A DNA stretch of 32,000 nucleotides, from NCBI GenBank assembly GCA_964396115.1, contig CAYNDL010000005.1, forward strand, positions 142-32,141, given 5' to 3'. The notes under the pieces were generated by a model. The model searched no databases and was not told where the DNA came from. It worked only from the letters and a program-made list of their open reading frames with translations. A program made the position numbers and the translations under genes. This stretch comes from an uncultured Candidatus Saccharibacteria bacterium (lineage in GTDB: Bacteria; Patescibacteriota; Andersenbacteria; UBA10190; CAIZMI01). Positions 15,030 to 24,954 of this stretch are shown here, piece by piece (within the stretch, counting starts at the first letter, position 1; every line of letters begins with the position of its first letter).

Positions 15030-17840
15030 ATGGAGCGCAAAGATAGAAACAAAAAGGAGATGAAAGACACAGCCTCTTTCGGGCCAAAAGTCGCGGATAT
15101 TTTTCTTGGTGATTCACCAGGGTTGGCTCCGACTGTTATTCATTTGCCGCGAATTGTCCATCTCCACATAGCGCGGAAAGAAAAGGAGGTTGGGAAGATA
15201 TCCATAAGCTCCACAATAGAAAAAACATCTCCCAAAAAAGAAGAGCCTACTACTGAAAAAGAGCCGGTACTTTCTCTCGATGAGATAGCGGAAGACAATT
15301 TGGTTTTCCATTTTCCCGCTGTGGCGGACATCCCGGAACCCCTGAATATTGAGGATGTAAAAGATGAACTGGATAAATTTTTGGCCGAAGAAGAACAGAG
15401 AGAAGAGGAGCTGTCTTTCCGTGCAGAAACATATAGAAGGAATAAACGTGCCGAAATTTCAAATCATTTGCATAGCGAACCAATTCCTCCATCTGCGGAG
15501 TTCCATGAAAAAACAAAACTCTCCTCCGTAAAGAGAACATCCGATAAAAAAATACAAGATGGAAAAAGAATCCTCGGTTCTCTCCGGCAATTTTCAATAC
15601 CCAAAGATGAAAAGGATGTTTTGCTACGCAGTATCATGCAGCGAGATGTTGAAGGAAATATTCCATGGGTAGCACCCCCTGTTTCTTGGAATACATTTCG
15701 TAAAAAAAGCCCGGTTAGAAGTGTTCACGATGAAGAAAGGTCTTCAAAATATTCTGCGTCAAAGCAGAAAAGGGCAGTACCTGTTGCTAATAAGACAGAG
15801 ACGCCAGAAATTAAACAAATAAAAAAACCCAACGGGAAATTACGAATTAGGAAGGAAAGTGTTTGGGAAGCAGCTCGTGTGGGTGTGGGAGTCCTCGTGG
15901 TCGGTATGGTAGTTGGCTTGATTAGTTCGGTTAGCGCAGCGCCACAGATAGCGGGTGTCGTAGAAGATACCGCGAAGCAAGGAGCGAACCATTTGATGGC
16001 TGGACTGAAAGCGATTTCAGTCGCTGATGTTTCTGCTGGAAAGCAGGAACTCAATGCGGCAGAACAGTTGTTTACGGATGCACAGGAGAGAATAAACTCA
16101 TCAACAAGTTTGGCAGTTCGTCTATTGGCTAGGCTTGACCCAAAAGAGCGATATATTGCAGGGGAGAATTTGCTCGAGGCGGGGAAAAAACTTTCAGCGC
16201 TGGGGAGTGACGCAGGTCAGCTGACAATGTTGTTTCAACAGCAGGATAAAACCGACTCCTTTACCGACGCTCTCGAAAAAAGTTTCCCGCTTATTGAGAA
16301 ATTGGCAAAAGAACTCAAGGATGTGGATTCAAAGATAAAAGACATTTCGCCCGAGGCACTTCCGAAAAATATGCAGGCTGACCTGCTGCAATTACAGGGC
16401 GGGGTACACTCACTTTCAAATTTGGTCACTGGTTATCTAAATTCACACGATGTACTGCTGGAACTTCTTGGTGCCAGGCAAGACAGGCAGTACCTCTTCT
16501 TGTTTGAAAACAACCGCGAAATTCGTCCCGGCGGAGGGTTCATCGGCAGTTTTGCTTTAGCTGACGTAAAGCGGGGTAAGGTAAAAAAAGTTCATGTCGA
16601 TACGATTTATAATCCTGACGGACAATTGAAGGACTTTTTAGTTCCTCCGGCGCCGCTTCAAAAAATAACTGACCGCTGGTTTACGCGTGATGCAAACTGG
16701 TTTGCTGATTATCGCGACAGCGCGCGCAAGGTGGCGATGCTGTTTGAAAGGAGCGGAGGACCAACGGTTGATGGTGTGATTGCCATCACGCCTACTGTCT
16801 TGGAACAGATGCTGCGTGTGACTGGGCCAGTGCCAATGCCGCAATACAAAGTAACGGTTACTTCGGATAACGTCATCGATGAAACACAAAGACTTGTGAC
16901 GTTTGAATACGACAAAGAGGAGAACAATCCGAAGGCATTCATTAGCGACCTGCTTCCCGAGGTTTTGGATCGGCTGATGAAATTACCACGCGAGCGCTGG
17001 GGTGACTTGGTGAGTGTGTTTAGTGAAAGTTTAAAGGAAAAACAGATACTTATTTGGTTAAGGGAACAAGACGCGCAAGCAAAAGTTGAAAATCTGGGTT
17101 GGTCGGGAGCAATTGAAAAAACGGAAGGTGACTACCTGTTGAGATCTGAAGCGAACATTGGAGGACACAAAACAGACGACCTGGTTGAACAATCTGTGGA
17201 TTATGATGTTTCTGTGGAGGCAGACGGTTCGGCTGTCGCAACATTGGTGACTACTCGGCATCACACTGGATCCCCGGCTGGTCGTCCCGGATGGGACCAG
17301 GATGAAGACTGGTACAGCAAGGCAAATGTCATTTATGAAAGGACGCTGGTTCCGCAAGGCAGCGTTTTGCTTGAAGCGCGGGGTTTCACCAAAGATGGCG
17401 AAGTGCCAACACCATATAAAAACAGTGCCGATTATCGTACGTTCGTTCAAGATCAGGACTTGGCCGAACTCGATAAAAATTCTTCCCGCAGTGAAACAAG
17501 TGGCACGATTATTGGGCAGGAAAGTGGAAAAACATCCTTCGGAAACTGGATTGTAACCAGGCCGGGCGAAACAACTGTTACTGTCTACAAATATCGGCTG
17601 CCTTTTACTTATGATCTACGCTCTTTGGTTTCTTCACCTTTTAGTTATCAGTTGCTGATCCAACAGCAGCCAGGCCACCGGCCAGTCCACACTGAAGCAA
17701 CTCTCCGTCTCCCCCCTGGATTTAAGATTGTTTGGGGCGGTCCAGAAGGCGGGGTTACATTTGAAGGAGATCGCAAGGCCACCTTTACAGGAGAGGTTGC
17801 AAGCGATAGTGTGTGGGGCATTGTTGTGGAAAGGTTATGA
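15030..17840 (+). CDS. Large DUF4012-type envelope protein (disordered K/E-rich N-terminus, one TM helix, extracytoplasmic domain)
   Basis: 936 aa. TM helix VGVGVLVVGMVVGLISSV at about residue 290. The block ENNREIRPGGGFIGSFALADV matches my recollection of the DUF4012 signature. Confidence 0.65.
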   Translation: MERKDRNKKEMKDTASFGPKVADIFLGDSPGLAPTVIHLPRIVHLHIARKEKEVGKISISSTIEKTSPKKEEPTTEKEPVLSLDEIAEDNLVFHFPAVADIPEPLNIEDVKDELDKFLAEEEQREEELSFRAETYRRNKRAEISNHLHSEPIPPSAEFHEKTKLSSVKRTSDKKIQDGKRILGSLRQFSIPKDEKDVLLRSIMQRDVEGNIPWVAPPVSWNTFRKKSPVRSVHDEERSSKYSASKQKRAVPVANKTETPEIKQIKKPNGKLRIRKESVWEAARVGVGVLVVGMVVGLISSVSAAPQIAGVVEDTAKQGANHLMAGLKAISVADVSAGKQELNAAEQLFTDAQERINSSTSLAVRLLARLDPKERYIAGENLLEAGKKLSALGSDAGQLTMLFQQQDKTDSFTDALEKSFPLIEKLAKELKDVDSKIKDISPEALPKNMQADLLQLQGGVHSLSNLVTGYLNSHDVLLELLGARQDRQYLFLFENNREIRPGGGFIGSFALADVKRGKVKKVHVDTIYNPDGQLKDFLVPPAPLQKITDRWFTRDANWFADYRDSARKVAMLFERSGGPTVDGVIAITPTVLEQMLRVTGPVPMPQYKVTVTSDNVIDETQRLVTFEYDKEENNPKAFISDLLPEVLDRLMKLPRERWGDLVSVFSESLKEKQILIWLREQDAQAKVENLGWSGAIEKTEGDYLLRSEANIGGHKTDDLVEQSVDYDVSVEADGSAVATLVTTRHHTGSPAGRPGWDQDEDWYSKANVIYERTLVPQGSVLLEARGFTKDGEVPTPYKNSADYRTFVQDQDLAELDKNSSRSETSGTIIGQESGKTSFGNWIVTRPGETTVTVYKYRLPFTYDLRSLVSSPFSYQLLIQQQPGHRPVHTEATLRLPPGFKIVWGGPEGGVTFEGDRKATFTGEVASDSVWGIVVERL

Positions 17841-19456
17841 GCAAAATATTTTCTGAGAAAACAAGTAATGGCAGCCTGATTTCGGCCGCCATTTTGGTTG
17901 CCTTGTCGTCCTTTTTAAGCCGCATTCTGGGACTTTTCCGCGACAGGTTATTCGCAGCTCATTTCGGCGCAGGTCCCGAGCTGGATGCTTATTTTGCAGC
18001 GTACCGTATTCCGGATCTGATTTTTAATATCTTGGTACTGGGAACCCTCTCCGCAGCATTTTTGCCCGTATTCTCAACGTATTTGGCTAAAGGAAAAGAA
18101 GGGGAGAAAGAAGCCTTTGATGTGGCAGAAAGCTTGTTCTTCATTACCGTCATAGTGTTGATGCTGTTCGCGCTGGTCCTTTTTGTTTTTGCTCCGAAGA
18201 TAGTTCCCCTTATTGCCCCGGGTTTTGATGAAAACAGGAAAGGTTTAATGATCATGTTGAGCCGGATCATGCTTTTGCAACCGATATTATTGGGAGCCAG
18301 CAGCATCTTGGGTAGTATTTTGACTAGTTTCAATAAGTTTTTTGCATACGCTGCCGCCCCTGTCCTTTATAACGCAGGCATTATTTTCGGTGTTATCTTT
18401 TTTGTTCCCAAATATGGCATCAGCGGTGTGGCGTGGGGAGTTGTACTTGGAGCCGTGATGCATTTCTTGGCACAGGTACCAAGCTCTCTACGTCTTGGTT
18501 TTAGATTCCGTCCCATCCTTAGTTTTCATCATGCAGGGCTCAAGCATATCGGCCGGTTGATGATTCCTCGTTTAATAGGTCTTCTAGCGGGGACAGTTAA
18601 TGATTTTGTTGTTAACTTTATCGGTTCAACTCTGATTGTTGGCAGTATCGCGGTGTACACTTTTGCGGATAATTTGCAGAATGTCCCGATTGGCCTGGTT
18701 GGTATTTCGTTTGCAGTTGCCGCATTCCCACAATTGTCGCAGGCAGCAGCAGACAACGCCTCACTAATGTTCCGCGATACGCTAGTTAAAACAATTCGTT
18801 TGGTATTGTATCTCGCCATGCCGTTATCGGTTTCCATTCTTCTTCTGCGGGCTGAGATAGTGCGGGTTATATTGGGGACAGGTCGTTTCGATTGGGACGA
18901 TACGCGTCTCACCTTTACTGTACTCAGTATCTTAGTATTATCCGTTTTTGCTCAAAGCCTCGTTCCTCTTCTGGCACGAGCTTTCTTTGCTCTTCATGAC
19001 ACTAAAACGCCGATGTTTGCCAGCATTACCACAATAATAATCAATATTATTGGCGCATATTTTCTAGGAACAAGGTTTGGCGTCGTGGGGCTTGCTTGGG
19101 CTTTCAGTATCGCCTCCGTCGTTAATTTCCTTATTCTGCTAACTGCGATCCATACCCAATTAGGCGGATTGAAAGACAGGGAATTTCTCATTGGTCTACT
19201 CAAAATGAGTTTGGCAACGATTTTAGCTGGTGTGACAATCCAAGCACTGAAGTTTCCTCTAGGGACTTTCGTTAATATGCAGACTTTTTTAGGAGTATTT
19301 ACAAAGATGACAGGGGCAGCGTTGGGAGGTGCTGTTGTTTATGCATTGGCCAGTAGCTTGTTGCGTCTCGAAGAATTTGACGTGCTTTTCGCGGGTGTTA
19401 AGCGGTTTAAGTGGGGGAGGCGGGTTTCGGAAACAGCCTCTTCTATTGATGAATAA
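17837..19456 (+). CDS. murJ: Lipid II flippase MurJ/MviN
   Basis: ATG 17837 overlaps the upstream TGA (ATGA). Polytopic membrane protein with the MurJ N-terminal pattern (SRILGLFRDRLFAAHFGAGPELDAYFAAYRIPD). Confidence 0.85.
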   Translation: MSKIFSEKTSNGSLISAAILVALSSFLSRILGLFRDRLFAAHFGAGPELDAYFAAYRIPDLIFNILVLGTLSAAFLPVFSTYLAKGKEGEKEAFDVAESLFFITVIVLMLFALVLFVFAPKIVPLIAPGFDENRKGLMIMLSRIMLLQPILLGASSILGSILTSFNKFFAYAAAPVLYNAGIIFGVIFFVPKYGISGVAWGVVLGAVMHFLAQVPSSLRLGFRFRPILSFHHAGLKHIGRLMIPRLIGLLAGTVNDFVVNFIGSTLIVGSIAVYTFADNLQNVPIGLVGISFAVAAFPQLSQAAADNASLMFRDTLVKTIRLVLYLAMPLSVSILLLRAEIVRVILGTGRFDWDDTRLTFTVLSILVLSVFAQSLVPLLARAFFALHDTKTPMFASITTIIINIIGAYFLGTRFGVVGLAWAFSIASVVNFLILLTAIHTQLGGLKDREFLIGLLKMSLATILAGVTIQALKFPLGTFVNMQTFLGVFTKMTGAALGGAVVYALASSLLRLEEFDVLFAGVKRFKWGRRVSETASSIDE

Positions 19457-19483
19457 CGAAAATTAAGCTAGAAAGGCTGGAAG

Positions 19484-21268
19484 ATGATTGAACGAATTAG
19501 GAATTTTTGCATTATTGCCCATATTGATCACGGCAAGTCCACGCTTGCTGACCGTTTGATTGAAACAACAGGGGCGGTGGAAAAAAGACAGATGCAGGAC
19601 CAATTGTTAGACGCGATGGATTTGGAAAGGGAAAGGGGAATAACAATCAAGCTGACGCCCGTGCGCATGGAGTACAAAAACTATGTCCTTAATCTAATTG
19701 ATACTCCGGGGCATGTTGATTTCTCCTATGAAGTTTCCCGTAGCCTCGCTGCTGTAGAAGGTGCTGTATTGCTTGTTGATGCCACGCAAGGCATCCAAGC
19801 GCAAACAATGGCCAACCTAACTTTTGCGTTGGAAGCGGGACTGACAATTATCCCTGCTGTAAATAAAATCGATCTGCCCGCTGCCGATGTGGCGGGGACA
19901 AAGCGTGACATCGCTAAGCTTACTGGTGTTCCGGAAGAAGAAGTTTTATTGGTTTCGGGTAAAACCGGACAGGGTGTCGAGGAGCTTCTTGATGCGATCG
20001 TTGAAAAAGTACCACCTCCGAAAGGGGATCCTGCTGCACCGTTCCGTGCTTTGGTCTTCGATTCGTTTTTTGACGCTTATAAAGGAGTGGTCACTTATAT
20101 TAGGGTTGTTGACGGTGAACTGAAAAAAAATGAGGATATCTTATTTGCTGGAGAAAATACTAGAGGGGAATCTCTTGAGTTAGGCGTTCTTCATCCGCGA
20201 GAACTCCAACGAGACAGTCTTGGTGCCGGCGAGATCGGCTACATCGCCACAGGTTTACGCGATGTCGCACTGGCTCGTGTTGGTGACACGATCGTTCACT
20301 ATAAGGATCGTGAAAAGAAGAAGGATCTTGTGTTGGCTGGATACAATGTTCCGCAACCGAAAGTTTTTGCCGGCATTTATCCGAGAACTGGTGATGATTT
20401 CCGTTTTCTCAGGGAAGCATTGCTTAAGTACAAATTAAACGACGCTTCTTTACAGTATGAACAAGAAACTTCAACTGCCCTTGGGCAGGGGTTCCGGTGT
20501 GGATTCTTGGGCCTACTACATTTGAGTATTGTGCAGGAGCGTCTTAAAAGGGAATACAACATTGAAGTTACCATTACAGTTCCCAGCGTTGCCTACAAAG
20601 TAAAACTAAAAACAGGAGAAGAAAAAATTATCAGGACTCCAGCAGAATTTCCTGATCCTTCGGCAGTGGAGCAAACGCAGGAACAATGGGTGTTGGTTGA
20701 GATTATTTCCCGTAAAACAGATATTGGCGGTATTTTGCCGCTGATCTCTGTACACGAAGGGATTCACCGCAACACCGAATACCTTTCTGCTGACCGAGTG
20801 TTGATAACAGCTGAAATGCCGCTGCGCGAGGTCGTGGTTGACTTACATGACTCTCTAAAGAGTGCTTCGGCTGGCTACGCGTCGCTCTCATACGACATTC
20901 TTAACTGGCGTCCTACTGACTTAGTTAAGCTGTCTATACTTGTGGCAGAAGAAAATGTTGAACCTCTCGCCATGATAGTTCCAAGAGAACAGGCACAACG
21001 TGAGGGAAGACGAATTGTCCAAAAACTTAAGACGGCCATTCCAAGGCATTTGTTTGCTGTCCCAATTCAGGCGGCAATTGGCGGGAAAGTAATTGCTCGT
21101 GAAACCATTTCCGCGATGAGAAAAGACGTTACAGGTTATCTCTATGGTGGAGACGTGACTAGAAAGAAGAAGCTTTTGGAGAAACAAAAACGGGGTAAGA
21201 AAAAGATGGCTAAGTTAGGTAGCGTGGATATCCCACCCGAAGCCTATCTAGCCGCGCTTGGTAAATAG
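19484..21268 (+). CDS. lepA: Elongation factor 4 (LepA)
   Basis: IRNFCIIAHIDHGKSTLADRL, DTPGHVDF, NKIDL and the LepA-specific C-terminus (KKLLEKQKRGKKKM). Confidence 0.95.
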   Translation: MIERIRNFCIIAHIDHGKSTLADRLIETTGAVEKRQMQDQLLDAMDLERERGITIKLTPVRMEYKNYVLNLIDTPGHVDFSYEVSRSLAAVEGAVLLVDATQGIQAQTMANLTFALEAGLTIIPAVNKIDLPAADVAGTKRDIAKLTGVPEEEVLLVSGKTGQGVEELLDAIVEKVPPPKGDPAAPFRALVFDSFFDAYKGVVTYIRVVDGELKKNEDILFAGENTRGESLELGVLHPRELQRDSLGAGEIGYIATGLRDVALARVGDTIVHYKDREKKKDLVLAGYNVPQPKVFAGIYPRTGDDFRFLREALLKYKLNDASLQYEQETSTALGQGFRCGFLGLLHLSIVQERLKREYNIEVTITVPSVAYKVKLKTGEEKIIRTPAEFPDPSAVEQTQEQWVLVEIISRKTDIGGILPLISVHEGIHRNTEYLSADRVLITAEMPLREVVVDLHDSLKSASAGYASLSYDILNWRPTDLVKLSILVAEENVEPLAMIVPREQAQREGRRIVQKLKTAIPRHLFAVPIQAAIGGKVIARETISAMRKDVTGYLYGGDVTRKKKLLEKQKRGKKKMAKLGSVDIPPEAYLAALGK

Positions 21269-21318
21269 TCACTCTGGGAGTGCCCGGAGCATTCATGGTG
21301 ACACATGCATGGTTCTTG

Positions 21319-22038
21319 TCAGGTAACTCGTTGTTTGATTACATGAGCAACCAATGACCTTGCTAATACGTGTGACGAATCCACAAATGGAACATCGGGG
21401 AAATCGGCAATAAATAATGGATAGAGCAGGGATAGTTCGGTGCAGGCAAGCACGATGACTTCTGCTCCCTCTTCCTGCATCTGTCTAATTGCTGGTGTCA
21501 GATTTTTACCTGTACGTGGTTCCCCAGCCTTAATTGCGTAAATAGTTTTCATCACCAGTTCCTGGTTTATTGTTGAAGGCACTATCCAGTCTAGATCTAA
21601 GTTTTCGCGCTGATATACTTGGGCAGCAACCGTTCCGCTTGTTGCTAACAAACCTACTTTTGTCCGTCCATATTTTGCACGTATTACGTCAGTCGTCTTT
21701 TCGATCATGTTTAATACTGGAACACCGACGCCAGCTTGAATTTCTGCGAAGCGGGCATGCGAGGTGTTGCAGGGTATCCCGATGACTGTTGCTCCCGCCG
21801 TCTCCAGTACTTGAGCAGTTTCCTTTATGGCCCTCGCAAAGTCCTTTCCTCTCAAAGGACCGAAAAGGGAAGCGGTGCGGTCGGGAATCTGTGGGTTGGT
21901 GTATGTGATGACTGGAATATGATCTTGGTCGCGTTTTGCTTGGGTCGCCTCAATAATAAGTTTTTGCAGTAAAACCCCCGCCATTGGCCCCATGCCGCCG
22001 ACTATTCCGATGCAACTTTTTTTAACGAATGTTTGCAT
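21319..22038 (-). CDS. Aspartate/glutamate racemase family protein (aspartate racemase-like)
   Basis: IGIVGGMGPMAG plus two catalytic Cys contexts, GIPCNTSHA and LACTELS. Confidence 0.8.
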   Translation of the reverse strand: MQTFVKKSCIGIVGGMGPMAGVLLQKLIIEATQAKRDQDHIPVITYTNPQIPDRTASLFGPLRGKDFARAIKETAQVLETAGATVIGIPCNTSHARFAEIQAGVGVPVLNMIEKTTDVIRAKYGRTKVGLLATSGTVAAQVYQRENLDLDWIVPSTINQELVMKTIYAIKAGEPRTGKNLTPAIRQMQEEGAEVIVLACTELSLLYPLFIADFPDVPFVDSSHVLARSLVAHVIKQRVT

Positions 22039-23089
22039 ATTTTTCTAAATAAGAAATTACTTGTTTTTTAGGGAGAGCCTCTAGTTTGTTCCCAGCTCTT
22101 CCTGACATGGTATCGGCGGCAAAAAGAGCGTCATAAACACTTTCTTCCACACATTCCACCACAGCCAAAAAGAAGTTGGTTAGGTCGTTATCAGTTAAAC
22201 AAGAGTAATTATTCTCACCTTCAACTCCGGCGCGATTTATAGAAAAGGCGATAGCATAGTCTCCACTGCCGTGAGCCATAACTGAGCCAGTCCTTGCCAG
22301 GCCTAAGGGTGCCCTTTTTGCGATTCTCTTTAGTTGTCGTGCAGAAAAAGGTGCATCGGTAGCAATGACGATCATGCAAGACCCATCCGGTAAATCTTTT
22401 TCGATCTTGTAGTCATTTTTTCCGAGAATTTTTCCAATCGGTGCTCCTGCAATGTTCAGTGAGCCGCCAAAATTTGTCTGCAACAGAGTCCCTAGTGTAT
22501 AAGTTTTTCCATTTATTGTTACCAATCTTGATGCAGTTCCGATGCCACCTTTCCATGAGAAACAACGGGTACCGGTGCCAGCTCCGACATTACCGACGGT
22601 AGTTAAATTTGAAAGCATCGCAAAAGCGCTTTCCACGTCATTTGCATCTACAGAATTTTTATGCAGATCGTTTAAAAACCCGTCGTTTGTTTCACCAACG
22701 ACCACGTTGATGCTTTCTGTGGGTTGGAGATCATTTTGATTATTAATTACATGGTCAATAACACCACGCATTACCGGACCAACAGCGAGTGTGTTTGTTA
22801 AGGCGATCGGAGTCTCGATTGTTCCGAGTTCTTCTACTTGGGTTGTTCCCGTAATTTTTCCGTACCCGTTGCCAACATATGTTGCTGCGGGAATTTTGTT
22901 GCGAAAAAGATTCTCGATGCCCGGGTCAATTACCGTGACTCCCGTTCGGACGTCGGTACCATTAACCTTAGTTGAATGACCAACGCGAATATTACCCACA
23001 TCCGTGATTGAGTTGTTATTTCCATATTTTAATAAACTGCTTGAAAAGCCGTATTCAAAAAACCTTTTTTTAGTTGAAGAATTGTCCAT
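22022..23089 (-). CDS. Peptidase S58 (DmpA/BapA-type Ntn aminopeptidase)
   Basis: 355 aa from ATG 23089 (MDNSSTKK...). ITDVGNIRVGHST...TGVTVI, and the self-processing-site-like DGSCMIVIATDAPFSARQLKRIA. The 3' end overlaps the racemase start by 17 nt. Confidence 0.7.
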   Translation of the reverse strand: MDNSSTKKRFFEYGFSSSLLKYGNNNSITDVGNIRVGHSTKVNGTDVRTGVTVIDPGIENLFRNKIPAATYVGNGYGKITGTTQVEELGTIETPIALTNTLAVGPVMRGVIDHVINNQNDLQPTESINVVVGETNDGFLNDLHKNSVDANDVESAFAMLSNLTTVGNVGAGTGTRCFSWKGGIGTASRLVTINGKTYTLGTLLQTNFGGSLNIAGAPIGKILGKNDYKIEKDLPDGSCMIVIATDAPFSARQLKRIAKRAPLGLARTGSVMAHGSGDYAIAFSINRAGVEGENNYSCLTDNDLTNFFLAVVECVEESVYDALFAADTMSGRAGNKLEALPKKQVISYLEKYANIR

Positions 23090-23108
23090 AAGTGGTAGTA
23101 AAATAAAT

Positions 23109-23147
23109 TTCGGATGCCAGAAGCATTGCTGCTTTCTGGCATCCGAA
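23109..23147 (-). terminator. Intrinsic terminator downstream of the amidoligase gene
   Basis: Perfect 14-bp arms ttcggatgccagaa/ttctggcatccgaa with an 11-nt loop. On the minus strand they are followed by AAATTTATTTT. The hairpin lies between stop 23158 and the S58 start at 23089. Confidence 0.65.
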
Positions 23148-23157
23148 TAATGAGGAG

Positions 23158-24954
23158 TCACTCCAACCGGACTGGTGCTACTGCCATGTCGACACGGCCA
23201 TGCACCCTCAAGGTATTGGAGGGTACTGCGCAAGAGTGAACTGAGACTACTTCGCCGCCGACCATCCACGGACGTAGAAGGACACGGCAGTTGAAGATCT
23301 CGCCGGCAGCAAGTTTGGTGTTGAAGACGGGGAGCTGCACGATCCCCGTTTCCAGACGCCGTTGGACGATGAATGGTTGGTTCTGATTCAACCGCTCGCT
23401 GATCCAATCGCGCCAAGTGGCCTGGTTGAGGCCGTGACCCATGAGCACTCCGTAGGAGCGGGCGGTCATGGTATTCGCGCCAGAGAGCTTCATCACCAAG
23501 CTGTCTCTTTTCGCGGCGGGCAACTCTTGCAGTTCGCTAACCGAGTGGGCGTGTACACCGTCCACGCGCAACGGGAAGTCACTAGCAGAGCGCACTAGTT
23601 GCGAGTCAGGAAGAATCTGGTCCAGCACGGAAAAAGTTTGCGGATCCAGTATCTTCCGGAAAAACTCCAAGTGGCTCCGGAAAATCGAAAACCAGGTCTT
23701 GTTGCCGAAATGGGCGAACTCCGGAACCATCCGGACACGACCACTGTGGGCGGCCTTGACCAAGTCAATCAGTTTCCCAGTTGCTTCGAAGATCGGGAAT
23801 TGGCGCCAAACAGTGCCAATTTTGCCGGCCTCGTCGTAAACGTCCTCTGCAGAAACCGTAAGCTTGTCCAGCTGGTCGGTGGTCAGTAGACCTACGTCAT
23901 AACCGGACTCCCGAAGGTGGTTAGTCAGCCAGGCGATCTCGGGGATGTAGCACTTGCTCCAAACGTGCGAAACCACGAAGAGCAGGCGTCCTCGGCTTGT
24001 CAGCCAATCAAAGCAGCGTTTCCACTGTTCTTGATTGATGCCGTACACCAGGTCGAGATAAGCAAGTTCTGCGAACCCTCCCGGCATCTCGTCGTTTTCC
24101 GAAGCGAACACCCCGTCTCCCGTAAAGTGGAGGTCGGGCCGTCGCACTGAAAATTCTTCGACGTTCGGGTAGAGGTACGCTTCGCGCAGGCTAGGATCAA
24201 CATCCACTCCAGCGAAAAGCTTCTCGGCAACCGATGCGTCGCTGCGAATCAGTTGGCTGCTCGCCCTTTCAAAGGCAGAAAAGGCGGACATGGCCCGTCC
24301 TAATTCATGAACGTCGCATTGCAGAGGGTCGTGCGGGATGCGGATCCAGCTGATTCGGGATCCGCGTGGGAGCTCGAGGGCACATTCCTTATCCGCAATG
24401 GATGCGGCAAGGTCAGGTCCCTGATTCAGTCTGGTCCGGATCTGTTCAATCGTATCCGGAATATTTAAGTTGACCGGCGGGCTCTCGCCCTTCCGTGGCC
24501 GTCCCCAAGGGAATTCGCCCCGGAATAATCGCTTCTGAAAATTGCGGTTAAAGTGGGCTGCGACCTGTTCAGAACAATTGCGGTATCCACTATCGATCAC
24601 GCATTTGTTACCGATCTTCACGCCCCACTGGGCACCGCAGGACCAATCCGGCATCCCTCCCCGTTGTCTGCTAGTGAAGGTAAACCTTCGTTGGGTGAAG
24701 GCGGAATCGAACAGTACTACTGCCGATTCCTTGGAGATGCCGCTTTCGAATAGTGCCTGCACTTCGGAGACGTCACGCAGGATGCGGAGTTCTTGAGGCA
24801 CAGCTGCGCCTTCCAGGGTTTCCAAGAAGGACGTGTCCTGTAGTCTTTGGCTCAACCGTCGGATTACTTCTTCGCTGTGGCTGTTGCCGGCAAGGGTGAA
24901 GTATATCCGGGGCACATCGTACATGCCGCGCAGGGTTTCCGTTACTTTCAACAT
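23158..24954 (-). CDS. Glutathionylspermidine-synthase-like (pre-ATP-grasp/ATP-grasp) amidoligase with an unrecognised ~270-aa N-terminal domain
   Basis: 598 aa. The C-terminal ~330 aa resemble, from memory, blocks of E. coli Gsp/YgiC: RRPDLHFTGDGVFASENDEMPGG, VWRQFPIFE, MVPEFAHFGNKTWFSIF, SLVMKLSGANTMTARSYGV. GAGGAG SD sits 8 nt upstream. GC-rich relative to the neighbours. Confidence 0.55.
   Translation of the reverse strand: MLKVTETLRGMYDVPRIYFTLAGNSHSEEVIRRLSQRLQDTSFLETLEGAAVPQELRILRDVSEVQALFESGISKESAVVLFDSAFTQRRFTFTSRQRGGMPDWSCGAQWGVKIGNKCVIDSGYRNCSEQVAAHFNRNFQKRLFRGEFPWGRPRKGESPPVNLNIPDTIEQIRTRLNQGPDLAASIADKECALELPRGSRISWIRIPHDPLQCDVHELGRAMSAFSAFERASSQLIRSDASVAEKLFAGVDVDPSLREAYLYPNVEEFSVRRPDLHFTGDGVFASENDEMPGGFAELAYLDLVYGINQEQWKRCFDWLTSRGRLLFVVSHVWSKCYIPEIAWLTNHLRESGYDVGLLTTDQLDKLTVSAEDVYDEAGKIGTVWRQFPIFEATGKLIDLVKAAHSGRVRMVPEFAHFGNKTWFSIFRSHLEFFRKILDPQTFSVLDQILPDSQLVRSASDFPLRVDGVHAHSVSELQELPAAKRDSLVMKLSGANTMTARSYGVLMGHGLNQATWRDWISERLNQNQPFIVQRRLETGIVQLPVFNTKLAAGEIFNCRVLLRPWMVGGEVVSVHSCAVPSNTLRVHGRVDMAVAPVRLE

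Noticed and set aside
23090-23416. N-terminal 109-codon extension of ORF 22022..23416, which would overlap the 3' end of the amidoligase gene
   Set aside because: The extension is Arg/Ser/Pro-rich translation of the GC-rich antisense-neighbour region and runs through a terminator hairpin. The recognisable S58 domain begins right after the ATG at 23089.
23362-24796. Several plus-strand ORFs of 66-123 aa inside the amidoligase gene
   Set aside because: These are shadow ORFs typical of GC-rich coding DNA. Their products are low-complexity and Arg/Ser-rich, with no motifs, and the minus-strand frame has clear homology blocks.
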